64,000 nucleotides of DNA. Origin: a virus. Lineage: Duplodnaviria; Caudoviricetes. Position 1 is the first letter of the stretch, and the number at the start of each line of letters is the position of its first letter. This document shows positions 37,197-47,539 of this stretch, in pieces. The notes under the pieces are model-generated. The model did not search any database. It worked only from the letters and a program-made list of their open reading frames with translations, and had not been told where the DNA came from. The position numbers were made by a program, and so were the translations under genes. The DNA is taken from positions 7,909 to 71,908 of the IMG/VR virus record IMGVR_UViG_3300049142_000058; one strand, 5' to 3'.

Positions 37197-37681
37197 GACG
37201 GGCTGTCTCCTTCCGGGGCAACCCAGTGAGCCGTGACGTACGTGCGGCCGTCGCCGTTGCTGACGATGCTCGCCGTGCCGGACGGGCCCAGGCGGTACGC
37301 GCCGAGCTGGACGGTGTCCCCGGCTGCGAAGCCGTGCATGAACTGGCGGGAGGCGGTGGCCTGGACCTGGTCGCCCTGGTCTCCCGCCGCCTCGCTTTGG
37401 AACACCGCCATGGCCTCAGTGCCGGGGATGAGCGCACCGTTCTTGTAGACGCCGATGGTGACGCCGCACCCTGCGCCCACGGCAGCGGCCGGGAGGGCCG
37501 CGACCGCACGGGCCTGGACGTTGACCTCCCACACACCGGCGCGCGGGATGGTGACCGCCGGGACCTCTGTGACGATCTCCCACGCCCGATCCGCACCGGC
37601 CAGGGTCCGGCTGAGCGTGAGGACGGGCGTCTGTGCCCATGCCCCGTCAACCCGGTTGAGGCTGGCGGCCGTTCCGGTCAT
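37193..37681 (-). CDS. Virion accessory beta-sandwich protein (paralog 3)
   Basis: IPRAGVWEVN.QAR...AAGDTVQL (C1q/BclA-like pattern). Confidence 0.65.
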   Translation of the reverse strand: MTGTAASLNRVDGAWAQTPVLTLSRTLAGADRAWEIVTEVPAVTIPRAGVWEVNVQARAVAALPAAAVGAGCGVTIGVYKNGALIPGTEAMAVFQSEAAGDQGDQVQATASRQFMHGFAAGDTVQLGAYRLGPSGTASIVSNGDGRTYVTAHWVAPEGDSPS

Positions 37682-38370
37682 CAGTCGCTCACCTTCTGCC
37701 ACATGATCCCCTGCTGCGCGATGCCGCTGGTCAGGTAGTGCTGGAGGTTGGCATTGGCCTGCGTTTGTCCGTCACCGGTGGCCCGAAGTCCTCGAATCTC
37801 GTACGTCGTCGGCGTTGTGATCGTGACGTATCCCTCGCACACCGCGTTGCCGCCGATGCTCTTGAGGCCGGTTTCCGGGTTCACCGTGCCGGGCTGGTCA
37901 TGCAGGAGCACCCACCGGGGGCTGCCGGGCACGAACTGATTCGTCGTGGTGTTGAACCACAGGGCTGTGATGGAGGCGATGTGCCGGCCGTTGAAGTTCC
38001 AGGTCGCGAGCGCGAAACAATGGGCGGTGAGCCGGTAGACGCCCGGCTCGGGGAGCAGCACCTGACTGTTCGGCAGGACGACTTGCTGGCCGATGGCCGT
38101 CGTGCGCAGGTCCGCCATGCCAGCCACGCGGGACCCGAACAGCGGGGTGAGCCGCGCCCCGACTCTCCAGGTCTCCGGGCACGCCCCGGCCGCCGGGGGC
38201 GTCACGTCCACGTCCACGGACCGCTCGGTGCCCACCGCCGTACCGGGGGCGATGCCCGTGACCTCCGTACCCGGCACGAGCAGGCCACTCGCCGTCTGCG
38301 TCAGGGCGTTGCACGCCGCCGGGTCCAGCTTCGGATCAATGCGGTACGTCCGCCCGCAGGCCCCGGCCAT
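37681..38370 (-). CDS. Virion accessory protein (paralog 2)
   Basis: LDPAACNALTQ..SGLLVP...ERSVDVDV..P...CPETW.VGARLTP. Confidence 0.7.
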   Translation of the reverse strand: MAGACGRTYRIDPKLDPAACNALTQTASGLLVPGTEVTGIAPGTAVGTERSVDVDVTPPAAGACPETWRVGARLTPLFGSRVAGMADLRTTAIGQQVVLPNSQVLLPEPGVYRLTAHCFALATWNFNGRHIASITALWFNTTTNQFVPGSPRWVLLHDQPGTVNPETGLKSIGGNAVCEGYVTITTPTTYEIRGLRATGDGQTQANANLQHYLTSGIAQQGIMWQKVSD

Positions 38371-39020
38371 CAGTCGCTCACCTTCTTGAAACGGAAGTTG
38401 TGGGCCCACAGGACTTTCCCCGTGGTGCTTCCGGCGTCAGTACGCCAGGACGCCTCAACTCGGATCGTGGTCGGGCCGGTCACCCGGTATAGAGCCCCCG
38501 CCGACGCGTTGGCTTGGATGCCCCGCAACACGGCCTCCGTGGCGTGGTCGGTCAACAGGATCACGCGCCGGCCAGCCGTCGGGACCGCGGCGCCCGCGGT
38601 GACGTCGAGGATCTGCGCGTCGATGATGGCGTTGGAGAAGCTGCCCACGCCGGCGATGGACCCCTGCACGTCCGCGATCACCTCATAGAGGCCGGCCTCC
38701 GGTAGCACCAGCTGCGCCCCGGTGACGGGAACCCATGTGTTGGCAGGAGTGGAGTCAAGGCCGACCACGCCCGATGCCTGCCCGGACACGGGCGTGAGCC
38801 GGGCGCCGACGGTCCACGTCTCGGGGCAGGCGTCCGGCGCGGGGGCCGCCACGTCCACGTCGACGGACCGCTCTGTGCCGACCGCGCCGCCCGGTGCGAT
38901 ACCGGCAAGCGCGGTCTGAGGCACCAGCAGCCCGGCCGCCCCCTGGTCGAGGGCGTTGCACGGTGCAGGGTCGAGGCGCGGCAGGACGCGGACGTTACCG
39001 CCGCAGCAGTTGCCGGCCAT
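38370..39020 (-). CDS. Virion accessory protein (paralog 1)
   Basis: MAGNCCGG...LDPAPCNALDQ..AGLLVP...CPETWTVGARLTP. Confidence 0.7.
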   Translation of the reverse strand: MAGNCCGGNVRVLPRLDPAPCNALDQGAAGLLVPQTALAGIAPGGAVGTERSVDVDVAAPAPDACPETWTVGARLTPVSGQASGVVGLDSTPANTWVPVTGAQLVLPEAGLYEVIADVQGSIAGVGSFSNAIIDAQILDVTAGAAVPTAGRRVILLTDHATEAVLRGIQANASAGALYRVTGPTTIRVEASWRTDAGSTTGKVLWAHNFRFKKVSD

Positions 39021-39223
39021 CACTCACCGCCGGCGGGGGCCTGGGGCGGGCTGGCGTCCAGGTCGGGCAGGGCCGCGAGGTAGGCGGCCTCGTCGACCTC
39101 CTGATAGCCCAGCTCGGCGTACGGGGAGGCGTCCCGCAGGTTGTAGACGACCTGCACGCCCTCGCCGTCCTTCGAGAAGTAGCGCGGGTTCGGGGTCGCA
39201 GCCTCGGCGTCAGGTGTGGTCAC
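39020..39223 (-). CDS. Small hypothetical protein
   Basis: GYQEVDEAAY; coupled. Confidence 0.55.
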   Translation of the reverse strand: MTTPDAEAATPNPRYFSKDGEGVQVVYNLRDASPYAELGYQEVDEAAYLAALPDLDASPPQAPAGGE

Positions 39224-39230
39224 GAGTGCC

Positions 39231-42122
39231 TCACTTCCAGGTCCAGTTGAGGAGGTAGTTCGCGGCAGCCGTCGTGCCGACAAACGTGGCGTGCTCCAAC
39301 GCGGTGTCGTCGTCCTTGGCGACGGACCACGTCATCGTCACGCCGGCCGGGATCGTCACGTTCGCCCCGCTGGACATCGTCACCGTGACGAAGCCGGACA
39401 GAACCGTGAGAGTGACGCTCTGCAAGCCAGGGAACTCCGTGGCGAGTTGCTGGTTGGCGACCCCCGTGATGTTGCGGACACCGGTCTGCACAGGGCCCGG
39501 GAGCATCTCCGCCGCGGTGCACTCGACGGGGGCCACCGGCGTGTACGGCTGCGTCAGGTCCCCGTCCAGGTACGTACCGAGCAGCGCCGGGGCGGCGCCG
39601 CCGCACGGGTCAACGGCCCACAGCTCCGTGAACGTCACATCGCCGACCCCGTCGCCGTCGGTGTCATCGCAGCCGCAGCGCTCCACCACCTGCTTCGCGC
39701 AGTCGGTAGTGCTCCCGCCGCTGCCGCCGCAGGTGGCGAGGTGCCAGCCGTCCGGGATGCTGTCCTGCCGCTGCCCGTCCTCGTCCAGGTAGTAGACCGT
39801 GTTGTCGCAGCACACCATCCGCGTCCACGACCGCGTCTCCGGGATGACCTCGTAGAACACCTTGAGGTGCACCATCAGGCCGGCGCCGCCGCCGACGGTC
39901 TCCTCCACATCGAGATAGAGGACGTTCCGTCCGGCCTGGGCGCCCGGGATGGTGTCCGGGCCGAACGTGTAGGTGACGCCGTTGTGCGTGGCCGTGGCCG
40001 GGAGGGTCTGCCAGGCCCCGCTGTTGAGGCGGAACGCGCGACCGATCTGGTCGGCGTTGAACACGGTCGCCTGGACCTTGATGGTGGCCGGGTCGGCGTT
40101 GGCCGGCAGGTCGAAGAACGCGCGGGGGTACCAGTGCGTGTTGAGGAGCGAGGGGCCCTCGTTCGGCAGGGGCGGGGAGGACTGGGCGGACGCGCCGTCG
40201 GGGTGCGGGCTCACCCACCAGGCCGGCCGCGCGGTGTCGGAGTCCACGACCGACCACGCTGTCGAGTACTGCCGCTGATACATGTCGTACCAGGGCGGAT
40301 TGGTCGTGTTGAGATCGGTGGTCCACTTCCAGACGGGGTCCACCGTGTTGTCGTTGCGGTGCTCCTCGTTGGAGATGAACTCGACCTCTTGCGTCGTGTC
40401 CTGCTCGATGCACACCTGGACCGGCTGGCAGCACGCTTCCGGCTCAGGCTCGGGCGGCGGCTGGCACACCCCGGGCGTACCGAGCACCGTGTACGGGGTG
40501 GTGCCGTCGAGGAGGGTGTCCGTGGTGGAGGTCACCGTGCCGTCGCAGCCGCGGCAGATGGTGCGCAGGAACTGCCCGCTGGGGATCACCGTGATGGCGC
40601 CGGCCCAGTAGTTGAAGAACCGGCCGCACAGAGCGATACGGCTGTTGGGCGGCGGCGCGGTCGTGAACTGCGTGACCGCCCCCGCGGTACGGAAGCGGGC
40701 GCTCGTCTCCACCTGCGGGTCGGTCACGTACGAGCAGGGCTCAGGCGGGGTGGCATCTGACGCGCGGGTCAGCACACCGGTTGAGGCGTCGTAGGAGTAC
40801 CCGGTGGGCAGGTCAACGACTTCCAGCCCGGCGGGGAGCTGCGCGGTGTTGAGCGCCGCACTGACCGCGTTGAAGTGGAGGTAGACGGAGAACTCCACGA
40901 CAGACGGCCGGGAGAACGTCCACTTGGTGGGCGCCACACTGGGGTTCGGGAAGACGTGCAGGCCCCACCATGAGCCGTCGCTGTTGTTGTAGGCAGGCGG
41001 CATGGCTTGAGTGCCGGCGGTGTTCGTCGCCGTCCAGGTCACGCCGTTGGACAGGCTGCCGGAGGCCGCGGTGCCGGTGATGATGGCCGGGTCGTTGGCG
41101 CCGTCGTCGCACAGGATGAGGGTTTCGCAGTCGCTGCACGGCTTGGGCTCGCACACGCCTACGGTGCCCGTGGGGGTGTAGGCGGCCCCGTCAAGGGTGT
41201 AGTCGCTGTGCCCGACGATGGCGCCGGTCTCATCGCGCCGATAGTCGCGCACGAAGGGGGTCACGGTGCCGTCTGCCGCGGTGTCGCACAGATGGACGAT
41301 GTCCTGTTCCGGCTGCTCAGTCCCGGTCGGGCAGACGGTGATCGTGCCGGTGGGGATGTAGGTGGCGCCGGTCGTGGCGTTCACCAGCCGCACGGAGGCG
41401 ATCGTGCCGTCCGCCGCGTATGAGTACTCCACCAGGACCAGGCCGACGACGTTGCCGGACGCGTCCACGTCGCAGAACGTGCCGGACACCTGCACGCTCT
41501 GGGAGTCCCCGCACGCGCCGGTCCCGGCAGGTGGAGCGCCCGCGCTGTAAGCGCCCGTCGTGAGGTTGATCCACCCTTCGGAGGTGATCAAGCCGTCGCA
41601 GTCCCGCTGCACGGTCACCGCGATGGGCGTGCCGTCCGCCAGGCACAGACCGACGGTCGCCACCGGGGTGGTGGGAGAGGCGCACTCCTCGACGGCCGGG
41701 CACGCGCCGACGGTGCCCGCCGGGGTGTAGGCGGTGAGCCCGTCCAGCGTGGTGTCACCGGCGGCGGTGAGCGCCCCGGTGGTGTTGTCCACGGTCCAGT
41801 GCCGCAGGAACTGTGTGGTGGTGCCGTCCGCCGCGGTGTCGCACAGCAGTTGCTGGATGTGGTCCACCTCGGTGGACGTGGAGGTGCCGGCGCAGGGCTG
41901 GAGGGTGCCCTGCGGGGCGTAGGCGGCGCCGGTCGTCGGGTTGACGATCCGGGTCCCCACCCGGTCCCCGCTGCTGGTGTCGTAGACCGGCTCCACGAGC
42001 ACGGTGGCGGCCACGGTGCCGTCGGCGAGCACGTCACACAGCAGCACCGTTTCCACATCCACCCGGGCCGCTACGGCTGCCGAGTTGAAGATGACTGGAG
42101 TACCGCATCCGCAGTCGCTCAC
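39231..42122 (-). CDS. 963-aa Cys-rich repeat virion protein with lectin/jelly-roll-like insert
   Basis: Repeated LCD..ADGT...F.R.Y...G...TL.G..Y...GT...C modules. Confidence 0.75.
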   Translation of the reverse strand: MSDCGCGTPVIFNSAAVAARVDVETVLLCDVLADGTVAATVLVEPVYDTSSGDRVGTRIVNPTTGAAYAPQGTLQPCAGTSTSTEVDHIQQLLCDTAADGTTTQFLRHWTVDNTTGALTAAGDTTLDGLTAYTPAGTVGACPAVEECASPTTPVATVGLCLADGTPIAVTVQRDCDGLITSEGWINLTTGAYSAGAPPAGTGACGDSQSVQVSGTFCDVDASGNVVGLVLVEYSYAADGTIASVRLVNATTGATYIPTGTITVCPTGTEQPEQDIVHLCDTAADGTVTPFVRDYRRDETGAIVGHSDYTLDGAAYTPTGTVGVCEPKPCSDCETLILCDDGANDPAIITGTAASGSLSNGVTWTATNTAGTQAMPPAYNNSDGSWWGLHVFPNPSVAPTKWTFSRPSVVEFSVYLHFNAVSAALNTAQLPAGLEVVDLPTGYSYDASTGVLTRASDATPPEPCSYVTDPQVETSARFRTAGAVTQFTTAPPPNSRIALCGRFFNYWAGAITVIPSGQFLRTICRGCDGTVTSTTDTLLDGTTPYTVLGTPGVCQPPPEPEPEACCQPVQVCIEQDTTQEVEFISNEEHRNDNTVDPVWKWTTDLNTTNPPWYDMYQRQYSTAWSVVDSDTARPAWWVSPHPDGASAQSSPPLPNEGPSLLNTHWYPRAFFDLPANADPATIKVQATVFNADQIGRAFRLNSGAWQTLPATATHNGVTYTFGPDTIPGAQAGRNVLYLDVEETVGGGAGLMVHLKVFYEVIPETRSWTRMVCCDNTVYYLDEDGQRQDSIPDGWHLATCGGSGGSTTDCAKQVVERCGCDDTDGDGVGDVTFTELWAVDPCGGAAPALLGTYLDGDLTQPYTPVAPVECTAAEMLPGPVQTGVRNITGVANQQLATEFPGLQSVTLTVLSGFVTVTMSSGANVTIPAGVTMTWSVAKDDDTALEHATFVGTTAAANYLLNWTWK

Positions 42123-44494
42123 AGGTCCACTCCCTCACTCCAGTTGATCGTCACAGTGCCCGTGAGGGCGGTGATGGTCAGCGGCCCTATGAGCCGTACG
42201 TCCATGTCCCTCGTGATGGCCCACGAGGCGGTCTCACCGTTGGCGAGGGGGCTGGTGCCTTCCGCGGTGGTGATCTGGCCGGTGCCGCCGCGGGCGGTGG
42301 CCTCCACGGCGCGCAGCGTGCCGAACGCGGCGGCCGTCCAAGACTGGCCCGCGCTGAGCACCCGGCGGTGCGCCTGCACGCCGATGGGGCGCTCCACCAC
42401 CGGGTCCGGGCTGTCGCAGTCCACCGGCGACACAGGGGTGTACGCGGCGGCCAGGTCGCAGGTGTACGTGCCGATGGAGGTGGGCGTGCCCGTGCAGTCC
42501 ACGCCGAGCAACTCCACGTAGGAGGTGTCCGCGATGCCGTCGCCGTCCGTGTCGTCGCACTTCTCGACCTGCACGATGTTCTGTGCCGGGCACGGTGGTT
42601 CGGGGCAGCACTCCCCGCCGCCGGTCTGGCACTGGCCGGGCTCGCCGGTGACGGTGTACGGCTGCCCGTCAAGGGTGGTGTCCGTGACCGTGAGGACGGC
42701 GCCGGTCTCACAGTCGGTGGTGACGTTGCGCAGGAACTGCGTAGCGCATCCGGTCTGGTCGTAGACCGTCGTCGCGGTGAAGGCGGACAGCTGCCATGCG
42801 GTGTGGCGCGGCGGCGGGCAGGTCGCGCCGCTGTCGTCGTAGGCGTCGAATGCGACCACGACGGCGATGTTCCCGGCGGCGAGATCGGCGGCCGGGACCT
42901 CGGCCTCGGCGGTGAGCGTCCCGGCCCACCCCACGGGGGTGTCGGGCGGAGCGAGCGCGAGGCCTACCCGGTTGGCGTCCCCGGGGCCGTTGTAGAGGCC
43001 GAGGAACCCGGTGGCACGGCATCCGGCGTCAGGGCCGAGCTGAGTGACGTCCACCTGCACCTTCACGTGCGCCGTGCCGGCGTCGCAGACGGGCCGCGGG
43101 GCCTGGATGGTCGCCGCGGCGGTTCGTACGGTGCCACCGGTGCCCGGCTGCGGGCCTGACGCGGCCGGGAGGGTCAGCGTGCCGCCGTCCCACAGCGCCT
43201 GAGCCCCCGGCGTGGCCACGCCTGTGGTGTACGGGTAGTACGGTCCGCCGGGGGTGTCGGTGACGGTCGGGGCGGGGGCGCCGTCGGTCGGCACGTCGCA
43301 CACGAGGAGCGTGCTCGTGTCGCGGCACGGCTGCGTGGGCTCCCCCTCGCAGACGGTGATGGTGCCGGTCGGCTGGTAGTTGGCGCCGGCGAGCGTGTAG
43401 TCCGTGTGGCCGACGATCTGCCCGTTCTCGTCGCGCCGGTAGTCGCGGATGAACCGGGTCACGGTGTCGTCGGCCGCGATGTCGCAGAGGACGAGGAGGC
43501 CTTGTTCCGGCTGGGCGACGCCGGCCGGGCACGTCGTGATCGTGCCCTGCGCGGTGTAGGTCTGGCCGGTGGTGGCGTTCACGAGGCGGACGCTGGACAC
43601 GCTGCCGTCTGCCGCGTAGGTGTACTCGATCAGGACCAGGCCGACGACGTTGCCGTTCGCGTCGAGGTCGCAGAACGTGCCGGTCGTCGAGATGCTGCGG
43701 GACTGGCCGCACGCCACGGTGCCGGCCGGGGGCTGGCCGGTCGAGTAGGCGCCGGTCGTGAGGTTGATCCAGCCCTCTTCGCGGGTGACGCCCTGGCAGT
43801 CGCGGGTGACCACCACGGCAATCGGTGTCCCGTCGGCGAGACACAGCCCCACGGTGGCGGCCGGTTCGCGCGGCTGGTCGCAGTTCGAGGTCTGCGCGCA
43901 GTCCTGCACCGTGCCCATGACCACATGCGGGGTTTGTCCGTCAAGGCTCACGTCCTGGTAGGTGGCCTGGCCGTTGGAGAGGAACGTGTACCGGCGCAGG
44001 AAGCTACCGGTGTCGTCGCACAGGATCTGCGTGTGGCACTGCATGCTGCCCATCTCGCAGTCCACCGGCGCCACGGGGGTGTAGGGCGCCGACGGGTCGC
44101 CCTGGTAGGTGAGCAGCACCTCGGTGGTGCCGTCCTGCTTGATGCACCACAGCTCGGTGTACGTGGTGTCCGCAAGGCCGTCACCGGTGGTGTCATCGCA
44201 GCGGGTGACGCACACGGTGTCCGCGCAGCCTCCGCACCCGTCGCAGGGGCCGACACCGGCCGGAGCCGCACCGGGGGTGAACACGCCGGTGGCCGGGTCG
44301 GTCCACCCCACCACCTCCGGCACCGTTGGGGCCGCCCCGCAGTCCACGCACCCGGACCGCATGACCACCAGGACCGTGGAGCAGTCCGAGGCACGGCACA
44401 GCGCGGTCGTGGTGATGGACGGGGCGCAGCAGGACTCTCCGGGCGTCCCGCCGCCGGAACCCCCGCAGGAGCAGCCCTCGAAGGAGACAGCCAT
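42119..44494 (-). CDS. 791-aa Cys-rich repeat virion protein (paralog)
   Basis: Shares the VGLCLADGTPIAV...EGWINLTTGAYS...GTFCD...SVRLVNATTG block. Confidence 0.75.
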   Translation of the reverse strand: MAVSFEGCSCGGSGGGTPGESCCAPSITTTALCRASDCSTVLVVMRSGCVDCGAAPTVPEVVGWTDPATGVFTPGAAPAGVGPCDGCGGCADTVCVTRCDDTTGDGLADTTYTELWCIKQDGTTEVLLTYQGDPSAPYTPVAPVDCEMGSMQCHTQILCDDTGSFLRRYTFLSNGQATYQDVSLDGQTPHVVMGTVQDCAQTSNCDQPREPAATVGLCLADGTPIAVVVTRDCQGVTREEGWINLTTGAYSTGQPPAGTVACGQSRSISTTGTFCDLDANGNVVGLVLIEYTYAADGSVSSVRLVNATTGQTYTAQGTITTCPAGVAQPEQGLLVLCDIAADDTVTRFIRDYRRDENGQIVGHTDYTLAGANYQPTGTITVCEGEPTQPCRDTSTLLVCDVPTDGAPAPTVTDTPGGPYYPYTTGVATPGAQALWDGGTLTLPAASGPQPGTGGTVRTAAATIQAPRPVCDAGTAHVKVQVDVTQLGPDAGCRATGFLGLYNGPGDANRVGLALAPPDTPVGWAGTLTAEAEVPAADLAAGNIAVVVAFDAYDDSGATCPPPRHTAWQLSAFTATTVYDQTGCATQFLRNVTTDCETGAVLTVTDTTLDGQPYTVTGEPGQCQTGGGECCPEPPCPAQNIVQVEKCDDTDGDGIADTSYVELLGVDCTGTPTSIGTYTCDLAAAYTPVSPVDCDSPDPVVERPIGVQAHRRVLSAGQSWTAAAFGTLRAVEATARGGTGQITTAEGTSPLANGETASWAITRDMDVRLIGPLTITALTGTVTINWSEGVDL

Positions 44495-44943
44495 CAGTTA
44501 CCGCCCTCCGGGTGTACCTGCCGGCGGTGGGAGTTCCGCCCGCGGTTGGTGGTGAAGGTGCGCCCGCACACGTCGCACACGTAACCGGCCGTCGGCTCGG
44601 GCGTGGGGAGCTGCTCGGGCTCCGTGGCGGGCAGATACGGGAGCGGCTGCGCACCGGGCGGATACGCATGCTCGGGTACTTCGGGGAGCGGCTCCCCAGG
44701 AATCCCCTCGCGTTCCTGGGAAGCCGCTGTCTGTGCCTCCTCCACCAGGGGGGAGCGGTAGGGGTGGCCGTTGATGAGGGAGCCCACGAGCAGCTCCTCC
44801 GGCATCTCCGTGTACAGGTCGCCCGGTACGCCGAACTCACAGTGGGACACCGTGGTGACGGGCGGGTCCTGCGCGATGGCCCATCGGGCGAACTGAGCGT
44901 CCGTGCCGGGGGCGGGGCGCACTCGGATCAGGTTCAGCAGCAC
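44494..44943 (-). CDS. Hypothetical with C-terminal C2H2 zinc finger
   Basis: YVCDVCGRTFTTNRGRNSHRRQVH. Confidence 0.75.
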   Translation of the reverse strand: MLLNLIRVRPAPGTDAQFARWAIAQDPPVTTVSHCEFGVPGDLYTEMPEELLVGSLINGHPYRSPLVEEAQTAASQEREGIPGEPLPEVPEHAYPPGAQPLPYLPATEPEQLPTPEPTAGYVCDVCGRTFTTNRGRNSHRRQVHPEGGN

Positions 44944-45767
44944 AGGTCGACCCTCACCATCGCTGCGGTGCAGCAGGCGACCTCAATCACGCTGGTGCGC
45001 TCCGCCAGCACGCGCCGGTCGTTGAGGCGGGTGTCGATGCTGCCGGCCTCCGTGGGCGGGTAGACCTGCACCGCGTCCTGCCGTACGCGTACGGGCGGGG
45101 TGATGTAGAGCCACGCCTCGCCGGCGGGGGCCTCCGTGCAGCCGGTGCCGCCGACGTTGGCCGCGTACCCGGAGCCGAAGATCACGCCGTTGCCCATGAG
45201 GGTCTCCGGGCACTGCGTGTCCCTGGTGCGCGTCACCACGTTGCAGCAGCCCAGCAGGGCGGCAGCCGCGGCGGGCACGTGCAGCAGGCCCTCACCGCCG
45301 TACGTCTCCGCGAGCCAGCCCTCCAGGGCGGCCACAGCCTGCTGGACGGACAGGGCGCCGGAGGCGGGGGTGAGGTCATTGCCCTGCGCCATCTGGCACA
45401 GGGCGTTGCTCATGAACCACTCCTCAAGGGCGCGCTGCTCGCCCATGCGGAGCTGCTCACGGGCGCGTGCCACCGCCTCCTCATGGGTGTCGCTGATCGC
45501 GGAGCACTCATACCCGCCGTACACCGTGACGGGGTCGAACTCGCACACCCCGGGCCGGTCAAACGTCTTGGCCGCCGGGTTAGGGGTGGTGGGCGGCGGG
45601 CAGTTCGCCTGCCACGGGTGCGCGGTGGCGCATGAGAGCGGCTGGAACTGCGTTCCGTTCAGCTCGTGCAGGTCGGCCGCTTGCACCACATCCACACAGC
45701 CGCCCAGCAGCCCGTACGGGCTCGGGTTGCCGGCGATCGGCGCTACGGACGTGTAGTAGCCCGCCAT
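44934..45767 (-). CDS. Capsid-associated (decoration/minor capsid) protein
   Basis: Directly after the MCP; SPYGLL, F.P.TVY.GYECS, N..RVLAER. Confidence 0.65.
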   Translation of the reverse strand: MAGYYTSVAPIAGNPSPYGLLGGCVDVVQAADLHELNGTQFQPLSCATAHPWQANCPPPTTPNPAAKTFDRPGVCEFDPVTVYGGYECSAISDTHEEAVARAREQLRMGEQRALEEWFMSNALCQMAQGNDLTPASGALSVQQAVAALEGWLAETYGGEGLLHVPAAAAALLGCCNVVTRTRDTQCPETLMGNGVIFGSGYAANVGGTGCTEAPAGEAWLYITPPVRVRQDAVQVYPPTEAGSIDTRLNDRRVLAERTSVIEVACCTAAMVRVDLCC

Positions 45768-45835
45768 CTGCCTTCACCTCCGTTCCGTGACAGCCCCGGC
45801 CAGGCAGACCGGCCGGGGCTGGTTCGGTGTGGGGG

Positions 45836-47512
45836 TCAGGCGGTCGGGCAGGTGACGGTGGCGCGCGGGCCCACGGAGCCGTCGGCGCAGATCGGGATGG
45901 TGATCGCGCGGGCCTCCGGGCCGCGGTAGATGAGCGCGTTGCAGGACTCGAAGAACAGCGCGGTCATGTCGTTGGTCTTCAGGAGCGTGCTGTCGTGGAT
46001 CACGCCGAGGTTGATCTCCGGGCCGCGGCCCATGGCGAACGCGCCCGCCGGGTACAGCAGCACCTCCACCGTGGCGGGCCAGTCGGTCGCCGGCGTGGTG
46101 GCGCCGATCTCGGTGGGGACGGCCGGGGGCAGGCCCTTGACCCAGTTCACGCGGACGCCGAGATCCTGGAACGCGTTCTCGATGCAGTTCGACGGGAGGT
46201 CACAGACCTGCGTGCCGGAGCGGCGGGCGATGTCCGCGAGGAACATCTGCCGCAGCCACCACGGCATCGCCACTTCCAGGTTGATGGTGGAGCACAGGTG
46301 CCACCGCTCCGTCATGTCCGCGATCTGGAGGGCCAGGGCGCCGAACACGGCGGTGAAGGAGGCGAAGGACTGCGCGGTGGTCACCGCGGTGGCCTTGGCG
46401 CGGGCCTGGGCGTACATGGCCGCCTTGAGGCGGAACTCATACGCCACCATGGCGCGGCGGATCCAGAAGGTCGTGAGCTCCGGGAAGAACCGCTGAGTGA
46501 GGATGCCGGACTGCACGCAGGTGCCGTACACGTCGCAGCGGACCTCGATCGGGTCCTGACAGGGGATCTTGAAGCACGGCTTCTCCGGCCCACCCGGCAC
46601 GCCCGCGGCCTTGTCCATGGCCTCGGTCCAGATCCAGGATTGGTCAGCGATGTCCAGTTCCGGGGTCATGTAGTACCGCAGGCCGCCGCGGGAGAGGTTG
46701 ACTTCCGGCAGGTCCCACAGGTTGTCCGGGCAGGAGTACTCGGTGAACGTGTAGAGCGTCTCGGACGGGGCGCACCAGCCGCCGGACGCCACCAGGTCCC
46801 CGCCCTTGAGGCGTCGCTGATCGGTCGCCTGGATGAGCTTGAGGGTGCCCTCCTCCACGCTGCCCGCGTCGTTGACCGTCAGCTCCTTGGAGAACGGGAG
46901 CTGGTAGGACGCGGCGAGGGCCTGGCCGCCGCCGTTGACCAGGTTGGCGACGTTGGTCACGGCGTCCGTGAGGGCGCCCATGTCCAGGCCGGCGCCGAGG
47001 CTGACGCCGGGCACCTCCGCGGAGGCGGTGATGGTGAGGGCCGGGGCGGTGTTCTGCGGGACGCGCTGCGGGCTGCGGCGGATGACGGACAGGTCCAGGG
47101 CGGGGCGGCGGCTGATCGCGGACGCGGCGACCGTGACGGGCTCCTCAACGACCGTTGCCTCAACGGTGGGAGCCTCGCCACCCGCGCCACCCTCGGCGCC
47201 CTGGTCGGCTTCCTGACCGCCCGCGGGCCCTTCCTCGGCGGCCGGCGGCTCTTCCCCCCGGAGCTGCGCCTCCAGGGCCTCGATCTCCGCGAGGGCGGCC
47301 TCTGCCGCTTCCCCGCGGCTTGCCTGCTCGGTGCGGATGTCCTCCGCCGCCGCGGCGTAGCTCTTGAGCTCATCCAGGTCGGTGGTGGTGAAGCCCTTGA
47401 GGCTGTCCTGCTTCTTGGCGTCGAACGCGGCGAGCGCGGCCTCAAGGGCCTGCGCGAGCTCGTCGTTGGAGAGGGTGCTGAGGTCTTCCGGCAGTTCGAA
47501 CGGCTGCGGCAT
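45836..47512 (-). CDS. Major capsid protein with N-terminal scaffold-like acidic helix
   Basis: LVASGGWCAPSE, LPEVNLSRGG.RY, KPC..IPC, GIL...FPE, DST.L.TND..ALF.E. Confidence 0.88.
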   Translation of the reverse strand: MPQPFELPEDLSTLSNDELAQALEAALAAFDAKKQDSLKGFTTTDLDELKSYAAAAEDIRTEQASRGEAAEAALAEIEALEAQLRGEEPPAAEEGPAGGQEADQGAEGGAGGEAPTVEATVVEEPVTVAASAISRRPALDLSVIRRSPQRVPQNTAPALTITASAEVPGVSLGAGLDMGALTDAVTNVANLVNGGGQALAASYQLPFSKELTVNDAGSVEEGTLKLIQATDQRRLKGGDLVASGGWCAPSETLYTFTEYSCPDNLWDLPEVNLSRGGLRYYMTPELDIADQSWIWTEAMDKAAGVPGGPEKPCFKIPCQDPIEVRCDVYGTCVQSGILTQRFFPELTTFWIRRAMVAYEFRLKAAMYAQARAKATAVTTAQSFASFTAVFGALALQIADMTERWHLCSTINLEVAMPWWLRQMFLADIARRSGTQVCDLPSNCIENAFQDLGVRVNWVKGLPPAVPTEIGATTPATDWPATVEVLLYPAGAFAMGRGPEINLGVIHDSTLLKTNDMTALFFESCNALIYRGPEARAITIPICADGSVGPRATVTCPTA

Positions 47513-47539
47513 CGCGCGGACTCCTGGTGCTGGAATCTC

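Noticed and set aside
22916-44494. Diversity-generating retroelement behind the paralogous fibre genes
   Set aside because: No reverse transcriptase and no adenine-specific TR/VR pair seen.
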